Part shown: positions 59,201-64,000 of the stretch, one piece after another
Position numbering within the stretch: position 1 is the first letter of the stretch
Layout of the letters: the number at the start of each line of letters is the position of its first letter
From: a virus
DNA: 64,000 nucleotides
Virus record (IMG/VR): IMGVR_UViG_3300027801_002586
Span: 18,070-82,069 of that record
Strand: one strand, 5' to 3'
Position numbers and translations under genes: made by a program
The notes under the pieces: model-generated
Seen by the model: only the letters and a program-made list of their open reading frames with translations
Told to the model about the DNA's origin: nothing
The model's database searches: none

Positions 59201-62200
59201 GTAGTAATCCTATCAGAATGGTTGGTGATGGAACTGATGCATTTATTACGATGGGTGGAAAATCAAGTTTTGGTAATGAGGGAAGTGGTACTGCTGGTAT
59301 TATTATCGGTATGGATGCTTCTAATCCACAAGCAGAGTTTGTTAAAAACTCTACAAATTATTTTATATTTGATGATGGTATTGATATTAAAACTGATACT
59401 TTTAAATTAGATACTACACGATTAGATATCGATTCATCCACAAGTAGGGTTCAAGTTTTTGATAGTGAGGGTGATGAGGTTTTACGATTAGGAGAGATAT
59501 CAGATAGTGCATCAGATTTATATGGATTAAAAGTTTATGATGGAGCAGGAACAGGTTCTACCGATACATTAGTAAAACTTGGTGGAGAGGGTAATGAAAT
59601 AGCTGGTTGGACTATCACGAATGATAGATTATCTGGTGGTAATATGATTATCCGACAAGATGGTACGATTGAATCTGCAGGATTTGCAAGTGATGTTGCA
59701 GGTAGTGGATTTAGATTAACTGCCGCACAAGGTGGATTCTTAGAAGTAGAGAATGCTAAGATTCGTGGAACATTGGCAACTGCAGTATTTGAGAAAGAAT
59801 CTGTCAACGCGGTTGGTGGACAATTATATGTAGCAAACTCTACAGTCTTAACATCAAGTGCATTTGCTGTAAATGCGATACATACAGCAGCACAAGAAAC
59901 AATGTCAGTTGCAAATGTAACTGGTTTCTCATCGGGTGAAATTTTATCATTAAAGAAAGTATCGAGTACAGGTTTTGCAACAGAGTATGTAAAGGTATAT
60001 AGTGCTTCGCGAGATGATATATCAAGCGATGTTAATTTTGCGGGTAACCTATTTGTTACTCGTTCATTTGGTCAAGGCGTTACAGGAGATAGTGGTTCTT
60101 TAGGAGAATCCCCAGCGGTTTCACAATCGTATAGTGGTTCACAAGTAATCGTATCGACTGGTAAACTTAACACAGGTTATATCAGATTAAACGCAAATCC
60201 AAATGATGAAACCACACCTTATATGGATATTGTTGAGAGAACGGGTAGTGGAATATATGATGTAGATTTAAAAGTTAGGTTAGGTGATTTAAGTGGAATA
60301 AGTAGTGGATTATTGTTTGGAAACACTTCACCTGGATTTGGTATCTTCACCGAGAATGGTTTCTTTAGTGGGGGTATAACTGCAACTACTGGTTCGATTA
60401 CAGGTCAGTTATTTGTAAACACAAGTGATTCAGAAAGATTAATTTTAGGTGTTGATATAAGTGGTACTAACGATGGTTTACACATAAATGATAATAACTA
60501 TTGGTACACGACTGGTGCTTGGAAAGTTGGTGGAAGTACTTATAATATTTCTAACGATTCAAGTGGAAATATATCCTTAAATCCAAAATCACTTGATATA
60601 AATGTAGGTACAGATTTTGAATTATCATCAACACACAAATCTATGTCATTTGCAGATGGTGATTTATTACTAAAGAAAGAAGGAAGTGATGCTTCAATTA
60701 CAGTCGGTGGAACTACAAGTAAACAGATTACAATCAAGGGTAGTGATACTCAAGGATACATCGCATCAGGTAAAACATCAGCAACATCCACAACTGCTGG
60801 ATTTTGGATAGCAAATAACAATACGGATACCGAATTTCATATTGGTGATGCTGGTAATTTCTTAAAGTATGATGGGGGTACTTTAACACAAAAGATACAA
60901 TCTTACGAACTTGATGCTAATGAGGGTGATTTACAGATATCATCTACACACAAATCAATGTCCTTGGCAGATGGAGCAGTTATATTTGGACAGAAAAGTA
61001 GTGGAGTAGGGTTTGGACAATTTGGTAGTGATTCATCAAAAGCAATTCAGATAACAGGTAGTAATTCACAAGGTGTTATAAGAAGTGGTAAAGCATCTGC
61101 AGCAGATTTAACTGAGGGATTCTGGTTAGCAAATAACAATACTGATGCAGAGTTTCATATCGGTGATGGTACAAGTGCAATTAAATTTGATGATAATCAA
61201 TTACACATAACTTCTTCTAAATTTGAACTTGACGCGGGTGAGGGTGATTTACAAATTTCTTCACTACATAAATCAATGAGTCTTGGGGATGGTTCTTTTG
61301 AAGTTATCGGTGACCAAACTAACAATCTAACAAAATTAAAAGTTGGACAACACACGATACAAAACATTCAAATGACTGGTAGTTCAAATGCTGGTATATT
61401 GAAAAGTGGTAAGAAAGGAATCAATGATTTAAATGCTGGATTCTATATGTCAAATGAAGCAGGTACTGCTAAATTTCATGTCGGTGATGGTACAAGTGCA
61501 TTAAAGTTTGATGGAAGTAATCTACATATAACCGCATCACAAGCTAATTTAAGTGGTGATGGTGTAACTATCGATGTTAATACATTTGAGTTAGAAGCAG
61601 CAAATGTAGAAATCTCATCAGGTCAAGCATCAATGAGTGTTGGGTATGATGATAATATAGCTGGTGGTATAAATATTAAAGGTGGTGCAACATCTACTAT
61701 TGGGTTTGGAAGTAAAGCAGCACCAAGAATGAAATTATCAAGTACTTCAACGGATAGTTACTTATCAATTGGTAACATCGCGTTTGGTAGTGAAACTACT
61801 GCTGGTATTTTAATTGGTAGTGATGATGGAAATCACGAATTTAGAATTTATAAAGATTCAGATGAATATTTTACATATGATGCTTCAAGTGGATTTGATT
61901 TAAAAACAGATTCATTAGAAATAGTAACTGAAGGATTAACAATATCTGGTAGAAGTGGTACAGCCGCAACTAACAAAATCTCATTAGGTACAATCACGAG
62001 TGATAGTGATACAAGTGGTCAAGGTGTATTTATGGATGGTGGTGGACACTTCAGAGTATTCGGAGATGCGAATAACTTTATGATTGTTGATGGTGGTTCA
62101 TTACAAATTAAATCAGATAATGTAGATATTCAATCGACTGTATTCTCATTGGATGCAAATAGTGGAGATTTACAATTATCAAGTACACAGAAATCCGCAT

Positions 62201-64000
62201 CATTTGCAAATGGTAAAATCGTTATAGAGGGTTCAAGTACTAATGGTAGTTTAAAAATTGGTGGAGTTGGAAGTGTTACAGATACAGGTGGAAGTAACAA
62301 AGGATTTTATGCAGAGGGTGATGGAGATTTTATCGCTAAAGCAGGAGCAAACGAATATATAAAATTTGATAATGGTAAACTTGGAATTAAAGCAAGTGAT
62401 TTAAGTATCTTAACCACAGGTACAAATAAAATTAAAATGGAATCAAGTGCAAGTACACCAATAATCGCATTGGGTACAACACTTCCAACCGCATATAATA
62501 ATGGTGATGGTTTTTATGTAGATGGTACTGGTAAGTTATTACTTGGTAACTCAAGTGATAATCATGTCAAGTATGATGGAAGTACTTTGACTGTTGCGGG
62601 TACGATTAATATTATTAGTGGAGATTTAGCTGGTATCGATGGTGATACAATTAGTGGTTCATATCCACCAGCATCTGCTTCACAAGATTTAAGTTTTGCA
62701 ACACAAGTTGTGTTGGATTCTGCTGGTATGAGTTTAAAGAATGCTGATGCAAGTAAAACATTAGCAATTTATGGAGCAACATCAAAAATATTTGATGGTT
62801 TAAATTCTAACACTTATGTAGAGGTTGGTGGTAAAGGAATAACACAAGTTAGTGGAAGTGTAACGGGTAGTGTATTAACCAACGGAGTGTTGAGTTTATA
62901 TGGTTCTGGTTCAGAAAAAGCAGTATTTAGTGGTACAGGTTCATTATTTAGAGGTGATACACAAAACACATTTACACGAGTAGATTCAAATGGATTAACA
63001 ATTGTAGATAATGGAGTTACACAAGGTACATTCACAAATGGTACAATTAATCTTTATGGAAACAATGGTACGGATAGAAAAGTAACGATTGATTCAGATG
63101 GTATGAGAGCATACTATGATTCAAATAATTATACGAATGTAAGTTCGAGTGGATTTACAATTGTTGGTGGTGGTGCTAGAAAAGTATCTATAAATTCATC
63201 AAGAATACAAATGGGTGAAGATGGTGAAGCAAGAACACTTATTACCGATACTGATATTTCTATGTACTCTGGACAATCAACACCTTATAGAAGAGTACAT
63301 CTTGATAGTACAGGTAGAGCAGCATTTGGTGGAGCAGCAGGAGCAGATGTATCAGTAACAAGTACTGATGATGTAGTTAGAATAAATCCAGGTGGTGGTG
63401 TAGCAATTTATGAAGATAGTAATAACTATGCTTCTATGAGTTCAGCTGGTATGGAAGTATTTCAAGGTGGAAATTCAGTTTCAAGTTTTGGTAGTTCAGT
63501 TAGAATTGGAAAAGCTGGTCAAGCAAGAACTGAGATTAGTGATACTGAAGTTGCTATGTATGGTGGAGAAGGTACACCAATAAAGAGAGTATTAATAGAA
63601 TCAGATGGAACTATAAATCTTGGTGGGGACACATCAACTGATGTAAGTGCAACTTCTACAGCTGATGTTATTAGAATAGACCCAGGTAGTGGAATAACAC
63701 TTTTTCAAAATAGTACAGATTTTGTAAGTATTACTACAAGTGGTGTAAGTGTACACGCAGGTGATGCAACAACTGCTTCAGCGGTATTTGGTACGACTGT
63801 AACGATTCGTGGAAATAATTCTGATGCTGATAGAGTTGTAATTGATGATGGTGGAATGAATGTATTTAGTAATTCAGTACAAAGAGCTGGATTTCACGAT
63901 ACTGGTTCAATATTTTATGGAGATGAAGCAAACACATACACAAGAGTAAACTCAAGTGGAATGCAAGTAGTGTTGGATGGTTCTGAAAAAGCAGCAATCG
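53296..64000 (+). CDS. giant (>3,500 aa) tail-fibre/virion protein, 3'-truncated (not in ORF track)
   Basis: GAGG SD, ATG 53296 MAILKRINKYQGL...; the same frame reads MQVVLDGSEKAAI at the window end; its absence from the stop-dependent track implies no internal stop; G/S/T-rich beta repeats. Confidence 0.85.
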   Translation, partial: MAILKRINKYQGLKDIDILVEETGLTSQYFQVYDFPNQIPQGKSSFLVAGSPFLADNVELKVEILDAGGNTVYTEAITNYLEGGARRVSIEVYDDVIPGDGFMYIVGELKTNYQQISGLENNNDEITDSQITDPKSFGNINPANLSEEFIDQLTAQNAQDVPTEFQGVYNVRYVRPIFINAALPNSQPIFFYQQPRVTVTEVVKPFIEQLAPSGSVVLSGSIEANPAPDLTPLPAPIAPPPGFPKNPTAEGLGQIGQINEIFKSSKKSKSNPFRNSGFRSRGRLVRRSSPEQDRFSMRVHQLEESNETTKDKASSALIGATLTIKSPKIDLVKYPAEEFDVPTSFHTSIKKVLNEETIVPVDDFFITRKDTLEKIPVPIIADEVAGNGQSEVTMSYTPFPEQSLSATHNRSFADVTVANLRTFSGDVYKTKIYGKSQGSLGDFELLHEGTIESPQTLIDPYSVDGFLNIGYFHTQSIVDNYWLLNGGTAARNDSKILDGIEISGSNYAVGSSVELTTSGSFALEKGVPYSITFNAHYFKEDKVQDNDDVEKDFELDVLVSEAALIGGTLSDTYQSVGKVDIGNNNLNEGSIPGIYTTFITPSDIGPTLKLKFKLNAGRAIINDVVVRPHAETNFNPDYFRVVLPMAYPLPKQPDLYDFLVEFYDVNNNIAETFTIGQNIEFTGAPLNIDGEDNLLSGSLYIGSTQGSGFEMAGVSSAFLRSIGYNGFDRTIAESKGGFLLWSGSIGDRLTASEDYDGVGLEIVDAHTSQDRYLKFRTNPSTFEVVTDQFFLGQAGSSFVSGSNGNIEIFSSGTTTLSGSNVDILTPNFFLGGSSAFVSGSGGNIEISSSNFHVTPEGNVTMSGDITANAGFIGDWAIVDGQISGSNITLNADNSTIFKTDQGPGSDSSAAFDALRDEYYIDFTPTEESPNNYYIKMGPSFMVDKDGILIASGATFEGSITASEGLIGGFTTDSHSFHSNNIFISGSPAIGGVDHPRYMFISSSNFNVKENGDITGSSALFDGNTSISGTTTIGGNLTVNGTGTIASFGLTETAISSSNDKLILKSSGEITSSAARIVGSDVDIDVEKFELDANNLEISSTHSSMSLGEGKIDLVGGSTSFIQVGSANAITLKDDGTDRFLVIGSKTSFSHFNQSTAGVILGTDGGTTKFEVVGDASNYISFNGTAFDIKSEEFGLKTSTLHISSSNGGVIAMGSTIPQKVEQAGIFLSGSGQFSFYSSSRGHIVFDGTDFKIASKNLTIDTSTLDINTAGGGNIALGSGTPSLSAAGIFLSGSGDFNFQKDGNNFIRQSGGAFQIKADTFDLDATTLIMDSAGDSGNGIIRLGASGGPSSPTNGTAGIYMDGGGALNVVGNATNFFRVDGGSFTIKSDTFDLQTTTFSASSAGTGKISLGQTPPTRYDSGNGIFFDGDANFLIGSASGDKIQFTNGDFTVQVGSLELDASNIEISSTNASMSLGEGNIILDGANNKIKVGKTTNKLIEIVGSSTQGYIATGKDSATSTTAGFWLANNNTDPEFAVGDSTDFIRFNGGNLDINSQKLEIAASTLQLSTTEASMSLGHNAQSGSYGRVILEGAGVPTLRIGKQAHTITLATGSGIYMDGDGNFRFGDDDGGIKFNNGNFSITGSDVDIDVTDINITSTGFRLSSTNASMSLGTNDQLLVHANSSSPFLSIGQSTKGYGQTGIFLGYINSVSRPRVSFVGSTGHFKVDQDVDIKTETFEMDANSGDLQISSAHKSMSLGDQSIVLDGPNKKITVGTGNQISIVGGASDNFITMGSKTGMDSTQGSGTAGIIIGMDGSNPQAEFVKSATEYFIYDNGIDMKTLNFELDAGTGDLQISSAQKSMSLGDGNVILDGLEKAIILNSGSNSITLQTNATDSFMVMGSKTSFTEEGSGTAGILIGMDGSNPQAEFVKSATDYFIFDDGLDIKTTKLELDAGSLQLSNTHNSMSLSPDSSNPIRMVGDGTDAFITMGGKSSFGNEGSGTAGIIIGMDASNPQAEFVKNSTNYFIFDDGIDIKTDTFKLDTTRLDIDSSTSRVQVFDSEGDEVLRLGEISDSASDLYGLKVYDGAGTGSTDTLVKLGGEGNEIAGWTITNDRLSGGNMIIRQDGTIESAGFASDVAGSGFRLTAAQGGFLEVENAKIRGTLATAVFEKESVNAVGGQLYVANSTVLTSSAFAVNAIHTAAQETMSVANVTGFSSGEILSLKKVSSTGFATEYVKVYSASRDDISSDVNFAGNLFVTRSFGQGVTGDSGSLGESPAVSQSYSGSQVIVSTGKLNTGYIRLNANPNDETTPYMDIVERTGSGIYDVDLKVRLGDLSGISSGLLFGNTSPGFGIFTENGFFSGGITATTGSITGQLFVNTSDSERLILGVDISGTNDGLHINDNNYWYTTGAWKVGGSTYNISNDSSGNISLNPKSLDINVGTDFELSSTHKSMSFADGDLLLKKEGSDASITVGGTTSKQITIKGSDTQGYIASGKTSATSTTAGFWIANNNTDTEFHIGDAGNFLKYDGGTLTQKIQSYELDANEGDLQISSTHKSMSLADGAVIFGQKSSGVGFGQFGSDSSKAIQITGSNSQGVIRSGKASAADLTEGFWLANNNTDAEFHIGDGTSAIKFDDNQLHITSSKFELDAGEGDLQISSLHKSMSLGDGSFEVIGDQTNNLTKLKVGQHTIQNIQMTGSSNAGILKSGKKGINDLNAGFYMSNEAGTAKFHVGDGTSALKFDGSNLHITASQANLSGDGVTIDVNTFELEAANVEISSGQASMSVGYDDNIAGGINIKGGATSTIGFGSKAAPRMKLSSTSTDSYLSIGNIAFGSETTAGILIGSDDGNHEFRIYKDSDEYFTYDASSGFDLKTDSLEIVTEGLTISGRSGTAATNKISLGTITSDSDTSGQGVFMDGGGHFRVFGDANNFMIVDGGSLQIKSDNVDIQSTVFSLDANSGDLQLSSTQKSASFANGKIVIEGSSTNGSLKIGGVGSVTDTGGSNKGFYAEGDGDFIAKAGANEYIKFDNGKLGIKASDLSILTTGTNKIKMESSASTPIIALGTTLPTAYNNGDGFYVDGTGKLLLGNSSDNHVKYDGSTLTVAGTINIISGDLAGIDGDTISGSYPPASASQDLSFATQVVLDSAGMSLKNADASKTLAIYGATSKIFDGLNSNTYVEVGGKGITQVSGSVTGSVLTNGVLSLYGSGSEKAVFSGTGSLFRGDTQNTFTRVDSNGLTIVDNGVTQGTFTNGTINLYGNNGTDRKVTIDSDGMRAYYDSNNYTNVSSSGFTIVGGGARKVSINSSRIQMGEDGEARTLITDTDISMYSGQSTPYRRVHLDSTGRAAFGGAAGADVSVTSTDDVVRINPGGGVAIYEDSNNYASMSSAGMEVFQGGNSVSSFGSSVRIGKAGQARTEISDTEVAMYGGEGTPIKRVLIESDGTINLGGDTSTDVSATSTADVIRIDPGSGITLFQNSTDFVSITTSGVSVHAGDATTASAVFGTTVTIRGNNSDADRVVIDDGGMNVFSNSVQRAGFHDTGSIFYGDEANTYTRVNSSGMQVVLDGSEKAAI

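Noticed and set aside
54563-63035. Many minus-strand and short alternative-frame ORFs in the track
   Set aside because: Shadows of the giant + strand ORF starting at 53296
1-64000. Stop-codon reassignment, as in some large phages
   Set aside because: Long recognisable genes are intact in code 11 and end at TAA, TAG and TGA with tight packing

Overview
A 64-kb segment of a large, AT-rich, T4-like (contractile-tail) bacteriophage genome, standard genetic code, almost all on the + strand. 1-15.6 kb is an accessory/early region: vWA + MoxR/CobS-like AAA pair, nuclease, thioredoxin, Hsp20, J-domain protein, PhoH, HAD phosphatase, peptide deformylase, DenV-like glycosylase, tRNA-Cys, tmRNA and many small ORFs. 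Seven copies of a TTGACT-N18-TATATT promoter lie between 843 and 20868. 16.2-20.8 kb is a translationally coupled operon: DNA methyltransferase, a divergent cytosine-type thymidylate synthase homologue, an AsnB-like amidotransferase and a PLP fold-II enzyme. This is a candidate new base-hypermodification pathway. 20.9-23.7 kb holds an HD hydrolase, a gp55-like sigma factor and a GH6 glycoside hydrolase. 23.9-38.5 kb is baseplate/structural genes, one with a Vint-type Hint insertion. 38.6-46.5 kb is an unusual phage-encoded envelope operon: cohesin/dockerin-like T9SS cargo, its own PorV, a 20-aa 9-Cys peptide, CsgG-like proteins, a beta-barrel and holin-like genes. 47.9-53 kb is replication/recombination (resolvase-like, primase, fused Mre11-Rad50). 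From 53296 a >3,500-aa repetitive tail-fibre-like ORF runs off the window end. T9SS/PorV features together with canonical sigma70 promoters and Shine-Dalgarno use suggest an FCB-group host outside Bacteroidia (inference). All calls come from motif recognition by eye; no database searches were run.
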